A stretch of DNA of 64,000 nt from an uncultured Pelagibacteraceae bacterium (GTDB lineage: Bacteria; Pseudomonadota; Alphaproteobacteria; Pelagibacterales; Pelagibacteraceae): positions 39,420-103,419 of the forward strand of contig CACKFA010000005.1 in NCBI GenBank assembly GCA_902599335.1. Direction: 5' to 3'. This document shows, piece after piece, positions 1 through 9,250 of this stretch (its first letter is position 1; the number at the start of each line of letters is the position of its first letter). The translations under genes were made by a program, and so were the position numbers. The notes below the pieces were generated by a model. The model did not search any database and was not told the DNA's origin. It saw only the letters and a list, made by a program, of their open reading frames with translations.

Positions 1-752
1 CCATCAGATAATCTTTGTAAAAAATTTCCTTGATCCATATTTTGAGGTTCTGGAAATTGATCTATATAAGATATCGTTGGTCTTCCCTCTTTATCAGTTG
101 AAAAAACTGGGTGCTCTACCTTGTAATCAATATTTTTACTTTTTGGTGACCCCCAAACAAAATTTTGTCTCCCAACTGGATCGTTGTATAGATCATCACA
201 ATGCTCCCAGTCATCAAGGTGCAACATAGCTGTTTCACCACCTTCAACATTTTGCTCATCAATTTTTGTCATAATTAACCAATCGGTCACATCTTTCACA
301 TAAGTCCCATCTGTATGAAGATCCATATTTCTATAAGCCTTTCTTAAATAAGAGTCGCTGCTATCTTCATGTTTAACATGAAAACGAGCATAATATTTTC
401 CTGCCATGGCATCATGATTAGGTACACCAATTAGATGAGCTATTGCAGTTGATAACTTAACTAAAAACGTATCATTAATTTTTGCAGTTATATTTTTTGG
501 TCCAATAATAAAGCAACCTGTAGATCTATCTCTAATAATTGAGTTCATTAATTCGCTTAATTTATTATTTGTTAAATCATCTAAACTTTTAGCTAAAGTA
601 AATCTTGTAAATGGTTTTAGCTCTAATGCTGTTAAATCAAATTTATTAAACGGAAAAATTAATTTATCTATTATATCATTTTCTAAACTAATTTTTATAA
701 TCCTATTTGATTTATCGTGTTTTTGAATGTCTATGCCAGTAATTTTTTGCAT
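1..752 (-). CDS. glaH: Glutarate 2-hydroxylase / carbon starvation protein CsiD (Fe/2OG dioxygenase), 3' end outside window
   Basis: Manual translation from ATG at 752 (MQKITGIDIQKHDKSNRII...) gives DSSDSYLRKAYRNMDLHTDGTYVKDVTDWLIM...GGETAMLHLDDWEH, the CsiD/GlaH signature with the HTD facial triad. Not in ORF track; open to window edge. Confidence 0.9.
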   Translation of the reverse strand, partial: MQKITGIDIQKHDKSNRIIKISLENDIIDKLIFPFNKFDLTALELKPFTRFTLAKSLDDLTNNKLSELMNSIIRDRSTGCFIIGPKNITAKINDTFLVKLSTAIAHLIGVPNHDAMAGKYYARFHVKHEDSSDSYLRKAYRNMDLHTDGTYVKDVTDWLIMTKIDEQNVEGGETAMLHLDDWEHCDDLYNDPVGRQNFVWGSPKSKNIDYKVEHPVFSTDKEGRPTISYIDQFPEPQNMDQGNFLQRLSD

Positions 753-791
753 TCTAAATTTTATTTTACCTTATTTTATAAATCAATTTAA

Positions 792-1115
792 TCAGATATA
801 ATTGTTAATAATTGCCATGCAAATAGCTGAGAAAATTGTAGGATAAACAAAGTTTTTCTTAGAAAGAAAAAAAACAAACAAGGATAAAAATACAACAATT
901 GATCTACTGTAATAACTAGATTCTATTAACACGCCAGCAGGAAAAATTATAGTTCTTGCTATTAATGCTGCTAAAGTTGCATAGGCTAAACAATTAAACC
1001 ACTTAAAAAGTTTTGATGTTTCCTTAATACCTTGAGAGGTAAGAGCACCTAAAAATCTAGATAAAAATGTAGCAAAAGATGTAACTAAAATTGCATAAAC
1101 GATATTAGCTGACAT
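792..1115 (-). CDS. azlD: AzlD-family membrane protein
   Basis: Small hydrophobic protein directly after azlC. Start probably the ATG at 1115 rather than 1127. Confidence 0.75.
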   Translation of the reverse strand: MSANIVYAILVTSFATFLSRFLGALTSQGIKETSKLFKWFNCLAYATLAALIARTIIFPAGVLIESSYYSRSIVVFLSLFVFFLSKKNFVYPTIFSAICMAIINNYI

Positions 1116-1809
1116 TATACTCTCCAACTAAATAGGCTATAGTTCCACCGATTATACCTGCTAACAGAATTGACCACTCAGGTGAAAATAAATAAATAAT
1201 TGGTCCTAAAATAATTCCAAGTAAGACAGATAATGTAACTTGTATAGTTTTTGATGCTCCGACCATCATGCATAAAAAATATACAGGATTAAGAATTGCC
1301 AATCCAATCATCATATCTTTATTCATGTACTCTGAAAAATAAAAACCTATAAATGTTCCAATAACAGATACGCTTACTGTTGCACTTCCAATTCCAATCC
1401 AATAATCAATCCTAAATTCTTTTGGAATTTTCTTATAATTGCTTTTCATGATTAACCACGCTGAAACAGCAATAAAATGACAAGAAAAGTAATACTTCCA
1501 CTTAGGTTGAGATTTGTGCATCATTAATGGAAATAAAGATACAGCCATTGGATAAAGTCGAGCATTTACAAACCAAACTGCTAGAAAAATATTTAATAAA
1601 GATGCTCCAATCAACATTGACTCTGCCATTACCAATGAACCTGGTAAAGCATAAGTTAAAACAGTTGAAAAAATACTTTCCTGAATATTAAAACCTAAAT
1701 TTTTAAAGAGAGCACCAATTGCTATAAAGCAACAAGTAAGAGCTATAGCTGGACTATCATGAGTAAATATAGATCTATATCCTTTAAAGAAAAAATTTTT
1801 ATTAATCAT
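1105..1809 (-). CDS. azlC: AzlC-family permease
   Basis: ALPGSLV...VNARLYPM pattern, multi-TM, paired with azlD. Confidence 0.8.
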   Translation of the reverse strand: MINKNFFFKGYRSIFTHDSPAIALTCCFIAIGALFKNLGFNIQESIFSTVLTYALPGSLVMAESMLIGASLLNIFLAVWFVNARLYPMAVSLFPLMMHKSQPKWKYYFSCHFIAVSAWLIMKSNYKKIPKEFRIDYWIGIGSATVSVSVIGTFIGFYFSEYMNKDMMIGLAILNPVYFLCMMVGASKTIQVTLSVLLGIILGPIIYLFSPEWSILLAGIIGGTIAYLVGEYNVS

Positions 1810-2594
1810 TATCCACCTAGGAACAGTCTACCAACATCAGGATTTTGAAGTAAATCGTCTCCTTTACCTGCAATTGCAGTTTGCCCTGATACTAAAACGT
1901 ATCCTATATCCGCAAACTCCAATCCTTTTTTGGCATTTTGTTCTACTAGAATGATTGTTTTTTTTTCATTTTTCTGAAGATCTCTTAATATTTCAAAAAC
2001 CATCTCAATATATCTGGGTTCAAGTCCAATTGACGGTTCGTCTACTAAAAGCACTGAAGGTTTCATAACTAATGCTCTAGATATTTCTAGCAATCTTCTC
2101 TCTCCACCAGATAAAACTTTTGCTGGTTGGTTTCTTCTATTTCTTAACCTTTCATACTTTTCAAAAATTCTTTCAGCCTCTTCATATGACTCATCTGTTT
2201 TTTCTTTTATATATCCTCCCATTAAGAGGTTTTCTTCTACTGTCATATCTGGAAATACAGAATTATCTTGCAATATATAAGCTATACCGACTGACTTTAA
2301 CTTTTCTGCTGGGGTAAGATTTGTAATTTCTTTTCCTTCAAGTTCAATTTGACCAGAAAAAATATTTGTAAAACCATATATTGAATGAAGAATTGTAGAT
2401 TTACCTGCACCATTAGGTCCAATTAAACATAAAGACTGAGCTTTATTTACGAATAAATCAAAGTTATGTAAAATTTCCATTTTTCCATAACCTGCGTTTA
2501 AATTTTTAATAGTTAAATGAACTTCGTTTGGAGATAATTTTTTTAAATCATCTGGTGTCGGAGCTTTTCCTAATACTTCATATTGGTTAGACAT
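1809..2594 (-). CDS. livF: Liv-type ABC transporter ATP-binding protein
   Basis: Walker A GPNGAGKST, LSGGE signature, LLVDEPSIGL, EQNA. Confidence 0.9.
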   Translation of the reverse strand: MSNQYEVLGKAPTPDDLKKLSPNEVHLTIKNLNAGYGKMEILHNFDLFVNKAQSLCLIGPNGAGKSTILHSIYGFTNIFSGQIELEGKEITNLTPAEKLKSVGIAYILQDNSVFPDMTVEENLLMGGYIKEKTDESYEEAERIFEKYERLRNRRNQPAKVLSGGERRLLEISRALVMKPSVLLVDEPSIGLEPRYIEMVFEILRDLQKNEKKTIILVEQNAKKGLEFADIGYVLVSGQTAIAGKGDDLLQNPDVGRLFLGG

Positions 2595-3334
2595 TATTGA
2601 GCTCCTAAATACGCGTCAATGACACGTTTATCATTTTTAATTTCATCTGGCGATCCATTAGCTAACATTTTACCATGAGCTAAACAAAAAATATTCTCTG
2701 CTAATTGCATAATGACTCTCATGTTGTGCTCAATAACCAAAAGAGTTATTCCAAAATCTTGATTAACTTTAATTAATCTATCAATAATACCATTTATTAG
2801 TGTTGGATTAATCCCAGCTGTAGGTTCGTCTAGTAATAGCATCTCTGGTTCATTCATTAATGCCATAGCAAGCTCAAGTAATTTTTGTTGACCAAAAGAT
2901 AAATCTCCAGCTCTTAGCTTTCTTTTTTGATATAATCCCACAAAATTTAATAAATTTTCAGCTTTATCTGTTAATTCTTTTGGAATCTTTGAAAATATTT
3001 TCATTAAATCTGCGTCACTACCTTTATGACTAATAAGCATATTTTCTATACAATTAAGCTTTCCATAAATTCTTGTTTGTTGAAAAGTTCTCAATAATCC
3101 TAACTTTGCAATTACAGGGACTGGTAACTCAGAAACTTCTTTTCCATTAAATTTAATAGATCCATTATCGATTGGGTAAGTTCCTACAATCGAATTAAAT
3201 AATGTAGTTTTTCCTGAACCATTTGGTCCAATTAATCCAACTATCTTCCCTTTTTCAACATTCATTGAAATATCAACGTTAGCTTTAACACCACCAAAAG
3301 ATTTACTTACATTGCTAACTTCTAAAATACTCAT
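2594..3334 (-). CDS. livG: Liv-type ABC transporter ATP-binding protein
   Basis: GPNGSGKTT, LSFGQQK, LLLDEPTAG, EHNM, VIDAYLG C-terminus. Confidence 0.9.
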   Translation of the reverse strand: MSILEVSNVSKSFGGVKANVDISMNVEKGKIVGLIGPNGSGKTTLFNSIVGTYPIDNGSIKFNGKEVSELPVPVIAKLGLLRTFQQTRIYGKLNCIENMLISHKGSDADLMKIFSKIPKELTDKAENLLNFVGLYQKRKLRAGDLSFGQQKLLELAMALMNEPEMLLLDEPTAGINPTLINGIIDRLIKVNQDFGITLLVIEHNMRVIMQLAENIFCLAHGKMLANGSPDEIKNDKRVIDAYLGAQ

Positions 3335-4380
3335 TTAAGTTCTACCTGTGCTTTACGATCTTTTTCATCAACCACTTCACCAAATCGCTCTGGATATTTT
3401 TCTCTAAGCCATCCCATAATTCCTTCTGGAAAATAAATCACAATCACAACAATCAAAACTCCTAGAGCAACATACTGCCAACCCAAAAAGAATGTCCAAA
3501 AGCCTTCTTTAAAAATATGAAATATAGTTGCACCAATAATTGGGCCCCAAAGAGTTCCTTTACCTCCAAGTATTGCCATCAGTACCATGAATACTCCCAT
3601 TTCTCTTCCATCAAATGCAACATCTGTTGAATCGATGTATCCAACTAAGCCACCCATTATTCCTCCTGCCAATCCACAAAAGAAAGCTGAGATCATCCAA
3701 CCAATAATTTTATACTTCATTGTTTCAATACCCATTGCTTCAGCTTTATCCTCATTATCTCTAATAGCGTTAAGTATTAATTTAAATCTTGTAGAATAGA
3801 TTGAACGAACAGCAATGAATGTGAGCACTAATGTGAAGAAGCTTAAGAAATAGAAAAACTCCCCCCTTGCTTCTAAGCTACCAACATTTGGAAAAGGTGG
3901 TGTAGTAAATCCTTGACCAGCTCCAATAATTTCTATTCCACCAGAAATTTCACCCGCAGCTACACCTAAACCTAATGTACAAATTGCAAAATAATGTCCT
4001 CTAAGTCCAAGAATAGAATATCCTATCAAACCAGCCACAATAGTTGGAACTACAGCAGCTACGACTAGTCCAGCTGCCATACCTTGAAAAAACTGTGTTG
4101 GAGTATGAACAAATGTTTTTTCCCCTCCACTCTCCGTCCATTCAGCTAATGGAAAAAACATTCCAACTTGAACAGAAGCACATAGGTACATTCCTAATCC
4201 ATAAAATAATATATTTCCAAATGAATTATAGCCCATCTCCCCACCTTGGATGTTCCAAGTAGTAGCAAGAACTATTAAAACACAAAGAATTGATAGCTGA
4301 ACTTTAAAGGCTGGAAATAAAAAAGGGGCAGCTAATCCAAATATTAATATTACTGCATATAAAATAAAATTCTTATTCAT
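3331..4380 (-). CDS. livM: Liv-type ABC transporter permease
   Basis: LRGHYFAICTL, AIRDNEDKAEAMGI, MAILGGKGTLWGP. Confidence 0.9.
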   Translation of the reverse strand: MNKNFILYAVILIFGLAAPFLFPAFKVQLSILCVLIVLATTWNIQGGEMGYNSFGNILFYGLGMYLCASVQVGMFFPLAEWTESGGEKTFVHTPTQFFQGMAAGLVVAAVVPTIVAGLIGYSILGLRGHYFAICTLGLGVAAGEISGGIEIIGAGQGFTTPPFPNVGSLEARGEFFYFLSFFTLVLTFIAVRSIYSTRFKLILNAIRDNEDKAEAMGIETMKYKIIGWMISAFFCGLAGGIMGGLVGYIDSTDVAFDGREMGVFMVLMAILGGKGTLWGPIIGATIFHIFKEGFWTFFLGWQYVALGVLIVVIVIYFPEGIMGWLREKYPERFGEVVDEKDRKAQVELK

Positions 4381-4394
4381 CTTTCATCTCAATC

Positions 4395-5288
4395 TTACTT
4401 TAAATATTCTCTTTTCCTCGAAAGTTTAAATCTTCTATAAACCAGGATTAATACTAATAATAAAAATACTGAACCAATTCTAAATTCTGTACCCAATATA
4501 TAATCTGCAAATTCTTCAAATACTCCTAATCCCATTCCCGACATTGCTACACCAGGTAAGTTTCCTAATCCTGCAACAATTACGATCATGAAAGATCTGA
4601 TTGTGTAGGGTAGTCCCATGTAAGGATGAATTGTGAAAGTTATAGATATCAAAGCACCAGCAACACCACAAAGAGCAGCATTTATTCCAAATGTTGCGGC
4701 ATAAACTTTTTCTGTATCGACACCTAAAATCTTTGCAGCTCTTGCATTTTGAGCTGTAGCTCTAATTGCACGTCCTAGCTTTGATTTTTTCATATAAATT
4801 ACCAAACAAACTGCAAATACAATGCTAATAAACGCTGAAAATATTTTTGAATTTGGTAAAACAACATTGTTATCAAACAACATAGTTGTTCCATAACCAG
4901 AATTTGCAAGTACGACGTCTGCGCCAAATGCAAAATTCATTAATTGCATGAAAAGAATACTTATTCCAAAAGTAGCTAAAATAGAGATAAATAGATCTCT
5001 ATCTACTACTTTATTAATTACGAGTTTGTAAATTGCTATACCAACAAAGTACATTATTACCGGCGCAACAATAACTCCCCATGCTGGATGAATACCATAA
5101 AGATACATAAAGTATGCAATGTATCCTCCTAAAATTACAAGATCTCCTTGAGCAATGTTAATTATATTCATCACACCCCATTGAAGTGCCATTCCATATG
5201 CAATCAATGCAAACAAAACTCCTAGCAAAATACCATCCAAGCAAGCTTGAAGAGTTATCATAGGATATTGAAATACAAGAAAATCCAT
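4395..5288 (-). CDS. livH: Liv-type ABC transporter permease
   Basis: GVMNIINIAQG, GRAIRATAQN, IVAGLGN motifs. Confidence 0.9.
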   Translation of the reverse strand: MDFLVFQYPMITLQACLDGILLGVLFALIAYGMALQWGVMNIINIAQGDLVILGGYIAYFMYLYGIHPAWGVIVAPVIMYFVGIAIYKLVINKVVDRDLFISILATFGISILFMQLMNFAFGADVVLANSGYGTTMLFDNNVVLPNSKIFSAFISIVFAVCLVIYMKKSKLGRAIRATAQNARAAKILGVDTEKVYAATFGINAALCGVAGALISITFTIHPYMGLPYTIRSFMIVIVAGLGNLPGVAMSGMGLGVFEEFADYILGTEFRIGSVFLLLVLILVYRRFKLSRKREYLK

Positions 5289-5310
5289 AAAAAATATTTT
5301 TGGGTTATAT

Positions 5311-5340
5311 AAAAAAAAGCCCCCTATGACTAGGGGGCTT
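5311..5340 (-). terminator. Intra-operon Rho-independent terminator-like hairpin after the SBP gene
   Basis: Minus strand AAGCCCCCTA-GTCA-TAGGGGGCTT continuing into a T8 tract. Confidence 0.85.
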
Positions 5341-5352
5341 TAGTATTTTATT

Positions 5353-6591
5353 TTATCTTTCTGACCACTTAGGAATTGGATGTATCAACTTAGCTGATGC
5401 CCATTTTAATGGAGCAACAACTTTGTTTTCACAACTTCCTGAAGCATCACACATTACTTGGAAAAGTACCATTGGTTTGTCAACGTTCTGACCACCAGGT
5501 GCAAATTTAATATTTCCATAGAATGTTTGCATATTCGTAGCTGCAAGAGCATCTCTTACTTTCTTTTGATCGAAAGAATTTGCTCTTTCAAATGCATCTT
5601 TGAATACCAATAAAGCAGCTGAAGATTCAGCAGATTGGTAAGGTGGATCATATCCAAACTCTTTCTCAAAGTCTGCAGCATAAGTCATGCCATCTTTAAA
5701 GAAATCATCTTTATAAGTTAGTGACTTGTGCCATTGAGAAGCACAAAGTGCATACTGTGAATTTTTACCATGCTGTTTAGATAGCTTAGCAGCATCACAG
5801 TGAGTCATAGCTAACATTGGAACATCAACTTTCATTTCAGCAATTTGTCTGATCGCAGTTAATGCACCTTTTGTGTGGCCTGATACAACAAGTACATCTG
5901 GTTTCATCTGTTTTACTTTAACCAAAGTAGCAGCCATATCATTTAGCTCTTTAGGCAATTTATCGTCGATTATGATTTTAGAACCAGTTCTTTCTGCAGC
6001 ATCTAAAATACCTAATCTAACGTCCTGTGAGAATGCATCTTGTTCAAACGCTTGTGCAATTCTTACTGGTTTTCCACCATTTAACTCAACTGCTGTTTCG
6101 ATAGCAACATCAAGATATAAGTTAGCTGGAGCTAATACAGCAAATAGATATTTGTAACCTTTAGTAAACAAAGATCTAGATGCACCATTTGCTTCAACCA
6201 TTGGAACACCATATTTTTCAGTCACTGGCGCAATCGCTTTAGTTAAACCAGAACTGTAAGGGCCAAGCATAAACTCAACACCATCTTGTGATATTAATCT
6301 TTCTGCAAGCTGTGCAGCTCTCTTAGGGTTTGACTCATCATCGTAATAAATAATGTCAAACTTATAAGTCTTTCCACCAACTTTAACTCCGCCCATGCTG
6401 TTAATTCTATCAACGGCCATGTTATAACCATTTTGAGTATGAACACCATTAGATGAGTATTTACCAGTTAAGGAAATCGCAGCACCTAAAATAATTTTGT
6501 CACCAACAACTTTTGCAAAAGATGCAACAGAAGTTGAAAATAAAATTACTAATGCAGAAACAAAACTTAAAATTATTTTATTCAATCTCAT
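5353..6591 (-). CDS. livK: Liv-type (LivJ/K family) periplasmic substrate-binding protein; substrate uncertain
   Basis: Signal peptide, SLTGKY, YYDDES, LGPYSSGLT type I periplasmic binding protein motifs. Confidence 0.85.
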   Translation of the reverse strand: MRLNKIILSFVSALVILFSTSVASFAKVVGDKIILGAAISLTGKYSSNGVHTQNGYNMAVDRINSMGGVKVGGKTYKFDIIYYDDESNPKRAAQLAERLISQDGVEFMLGPYSSGLTKAIAPVTEKYGVPMVEANGASRSLFTKGYKYLFAVLAPANLYLDVAIETAVELNGGKPVRIAQAFEQDAFSQDVRLGILDAAERTGSKIIIDDKLPKELNDMAATLVKVKQMKPDVLVVSGHTKGALTAIRQIAEMKVDVPMLAMTHCDAAKLSKQHGKNSQYALCASQWHKSLTYKDDFFKDGMTYAADFEKEFGYDPPYQSAESSAALLVFKDAFERANSFDQKKVRDALAATNMQTFYGNIKFAPGGQNVDKPMVLFQVMCDASGSCENKVVAPLKWASAKLIHPIPKWSER

Positions 6592-6677
6592 TTTATTTCC
6601 TCTTTAATTAATTAATTATGGGGTGATTAAATAAAGAAATTTTATTTTATGCAAGTGGCAATAAAGGCCAAATCTAA

Positions 6678-7292
6678 TTAATATTGTTGAGTTACAACAA
6701 TTATTGTGGCAATAATTACTAAAACACTCGCAGAAATTGTATTAATTGTTTTTGGATTAGCAGTTATCCACTTTATTAATTTTTGTGCGAGCATTGCGTA
6801 TCCAATCAAAGATACAAAATCTAAAACGATGTAAGTTGTAATTAAAATTATAAATTGAACCAATAAATTAGAATTAAAGTCAATAAATTGAGGAAAAATA
6901 AATGGAAAAAACATCCAAGCCTTAGGACTTGTACCAGCAACTAAAAAACCATCTCTAAAAAAAGATAAGTTACTTTTTTCTATTTCGCCTTCGCTTGAAA
7001 TACTTTTTGGTCGAGATTTATAAATATCGTAAGCTAAATATAATAAATAAATTATTCCTATCCATTTAAACGCATTAAGTATCGTTGAATTTTCTGAAAA
7101 AAAGGATCCAATCACAAAAATAACTAAAGTTGCCTGAATCAAATTTGCAGTTACATCACCTAAAGCAGACCATACACATTTTCCAACACCATAATTCATT
7201 GAATAAGAGATAATTACAATCCTGGGAGTTCCAGGTGTAATAAATAAAAAAATAATTATCTGTAGATAAAGTATAAAATCTAGGGGGAGCAT
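6678..7292 (-). CDS. rhtB: LysE/RhtB-family amino acid exporter
   Basis: ITPGTP, GFLVAGTSPKAWMFF, about 6 TM segments, 204 aa. Confidence 0.8.
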   Translation of the reverse strand: MLPLDFILYLQIIIFLFITPGTPRIVIISYSMNYGVGKCVWSALGDVTANLIQATLVIFVIGSFFSENSTILNAFKWIGIIYLLYLAYDIYKSRPKSISSEGEIEKSNLSFFRDGFLVAGTSPKAWMFFPFIFPQFIDFNSNLLVQFIILITTYIVLDFVSLIGYAMLAQKLIKWITANPKTINTISASVLVIIATIIVVTQQY

Positions 7293-7361
7293 AAAAAAAG
7301 ATAGTCCTTAAAAACCGGGAGCTAAAGATGGCTAAGAAGGACTATCTGATACATAATATCA
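7293..7361 (-). promoter_or_regulatory. Structured 5' leader of rhtB: 11-bp stem covering AAGGA, T-tract, possible 10-aa uORF
   Basis: AGATAGTCCTT (7347-7337) pairs with AAGGACTATCT (7309-7299), followed by T tract then ATG. uORF 7354-7322 reads MYQIVLLSHL*. Confidence 0.65.
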
Positions 7362-7409
7362 GAGGCTAAAAAAAATGCATTAAATTTTTTTTTCAAATAT
7401 AAAGGATTT

Positions 7410-7706
7410 ATGAAAAAAAAAGGTCACAGGCCAGTTACTAAAGTTAAAAATCCAGAGCCCAAAATGGACGATCCCGATTGGATCATTTGGGCAGCCTGGG
7501 CAGACAGGATTACTTTTGAGGAAATTGAAAAAAAAACTGGAAAGAAGGAATCAGATGTAATTAAAATTATGCGAAGATCTCTAAAACCATCATCTTTCAG
7601 ATTATGGAGAAAAAGAGTAAACCAAAAAAGCATAAAACATCGAAAAAAGTTTGAGTACTCAAGAAAAGAAATAACTAGTAAAATTAAAAAAGGTGACTAT
7701 TTATAA
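7410..7706 (+). CDS. TIGR03643-family protein of unknown function
   Basis: IIWAAWADRITFEEI...MRRSLKPSSFRLWRKRV matches the family pattern. Confidence 0.75.
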   Translation: MKKKGHRPVTKVKNPEPKMDDPDWIIWAAWADRITFEEIEKKTGKKESDVIKIMRRSLKPSSFRLWRKRVNQKSIKHRKKFEYSRKEITSKIKKGDYL

Positions 7707-7709
7707 CTC

Positions 7710-7967
7710 ATGAAAAAAATTACGATGTATACAGGTCCACTTTGTAATTATTGTGAGGCTGCAAAAAGATTATTAGCTAGAAATAATGCTCCTTACAATG
7801 AAATTGATATTTCAAAAGTAGATGGTGCAATGGATGAAATGATTAAAAAAGCTAATGGAAGAAGAACAATTCCACAAATTTTTTTTAATGACCAGCATAT
7901 TGGTGGTTATGATGAAGTAAGAGCTTTAGAAAAAGAAAATAAACTTCAAGATCTTTTAAAAAATTAA
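7710..7967 (+). CDS. grxC: Glutaredoxin 3
   Basis: CNYC active site, RTIPQIF, IGGYD. Confidence 0.9.
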   Translation: MKKITMYTGPLCNYCEAAKRLLARNNAPYNEIDISKVDGAMDEMIKKANGRRTIPQIFFNDQHIGGYDEVRALEKENKLQDLLKN

Positions 7968-7977
7968 TTTAAATAAT

Positions 7978-8352
7978 TTATTCTTTGGGTTTAAAAACTA
8001 AACAAACACCATTATTACAAAATCGTTTTCCTGTAGGTTCAGGTCCATCATCAAAAATATGACCATGATGTCCTCCACATTTTTTACAGTGATATTCAGT
8101 TCTTGCATAACCTATGTGATGATCAGTTTTAGTTTCAAATACATCTGGTAAAGACTCATAAAATGAAGGCCATCCTGATCCGCTCTCATATTTTGTTTTT
8201 GAGTCAAATAATTTTTCTCCACAATTTGCACAATGAAAAGTTCCTTCTCTCTTTTCATGGTTAAGTTCGCTTGAACCTGCGCGCTCAGTTCCTTCTTCGA
8301 ACAAGATTAACTTTTGCTCTGCAGTTAAATTTGGATTTATTTTTTTTGTCAT
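7978..8352 (-). CDS. msrB: Peptide-methionine (R)-S-oxide reductase
   Basis: KYESGSGWPSF, GHHGHIFDDGP, RFCNNG. Confidence 0.95.
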   Translation of the reverse strand: MTKKINPNLTAEQKLILFEEGTERAGSSELNHEKREGTFHCANCGEKLFDSKTKYESGSGWPSFYESLPDVFETKTDHHIGYARTEYHCKKCGGHHGHIFDDGPEPTGKRFCNNGVCLVFKPKE

Positions 8353-9248
8353 GATCCTATATATTTAGCACAGGATTTATGTAAGATTGAATGTAATTCA
8401 ACTAATTTTTTAAAATCTTTATTATAGCCACCACCTAAAACACCACAAAAGGGTATTCTTTTAGAAAAAAAGTTTTCAATAACAAGCTCGTCTCTAGATT
8501 TAATCCCTTCATCAGATATTTTTAGTCTACCTAATCTATCGTTAAAATGAATATCTACTCCAGCTATATAGAAAACAAAATCAAAATTTTCTTGATTTAA
8601 CTCATTTAAATAATGTTTAAGTGTATTGATATAATCATCATCCTCTAAATTATCTTCTAGCTCCACATCTAAATCGCTATTAGATTTTTTGGCTGGATAG
8701 TTAGTTTTAGAGTGCATACTGAACGTAAAAACGCTTCTATTTTCTTTAAAAATTTCTGAATTTCCGTTTCCTTGATGAACATCTAGATCAACAATTAATA
8801 TTTTGTTAGCCAAACCTCGATTTAGTAAATAATGAGCAGCAACAGCTACATCATTAAAAACGCAGTATCCAGCTCCGCCATCGTAGTTTGCGTGATGACT
8901 ACCTCCAGCAGTATTACATGATATTCCATAATTAATTGCAAGTTTAGAAGCCAAAACAGTACCACCAGTAGCTACTAATGATCTCTGAACAACACTTTCA
9001 ACAAGTGGAAATCCAATTTTTTTTACTTCCTCTTTACTTAATGTTTTATTTTTGATTTTAGAGATATAATCTTTTGAATGTGCGTAACTCAATGTTTCAA
9101 GCGAACAAGCATATGGTTGATAAAACTTTTTAACGATTTTATTTTGGATCAAATAATCTGCCAATTCTCCAAACTTGTTTATAGGAAATTTATGATCATC
9201 TCCAATTTTGGCAAAATAATCCTCATGATTAACCACTGGTAAATCCAT
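8349..9248 (-). CDS. Histone deacetylase family protein
   Basis: GGSHHA, GYCVFND, DLDVHQGNG, FYIAGVD, LGGGY. Confidence 0.9.
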   Translation of the reverse strand: MDLPVVNHEDYFAKIGDDHKFPINKFGELADYLIQNKIVKKFYQPYACSLETLSYAHSKDYISKIKNKTLSKEEVKKIGFPLVESVVQRSLVATGGTVLASKLAINYGISCNTAGGSHHANYDGGAGYCVFNDVAVAAHYLLNRGLANKILIVDLDVHQGNGNSEIFKENRSVFTFSMHSKTNYPAKKSNSDLDVELEDNLEDDDYINTLKHYLNELNQENFDFVFYIAGVDIHFNDRLGRLKISDEGIKSRDELVIENFFSKRIPFCGVLGGGYNKDFKKLVELHSILHKSCAKYIGS

Positions 9249-9250
9249 CG

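Noticed and set aside
8349-9248. HDAC-family gene together with the methyltransferase as a chromatin-like system
   Set aside because: The genes are 30 kb apart with no linkage; HDAC-family deacetylases are common bacterial metabolic enzymes.
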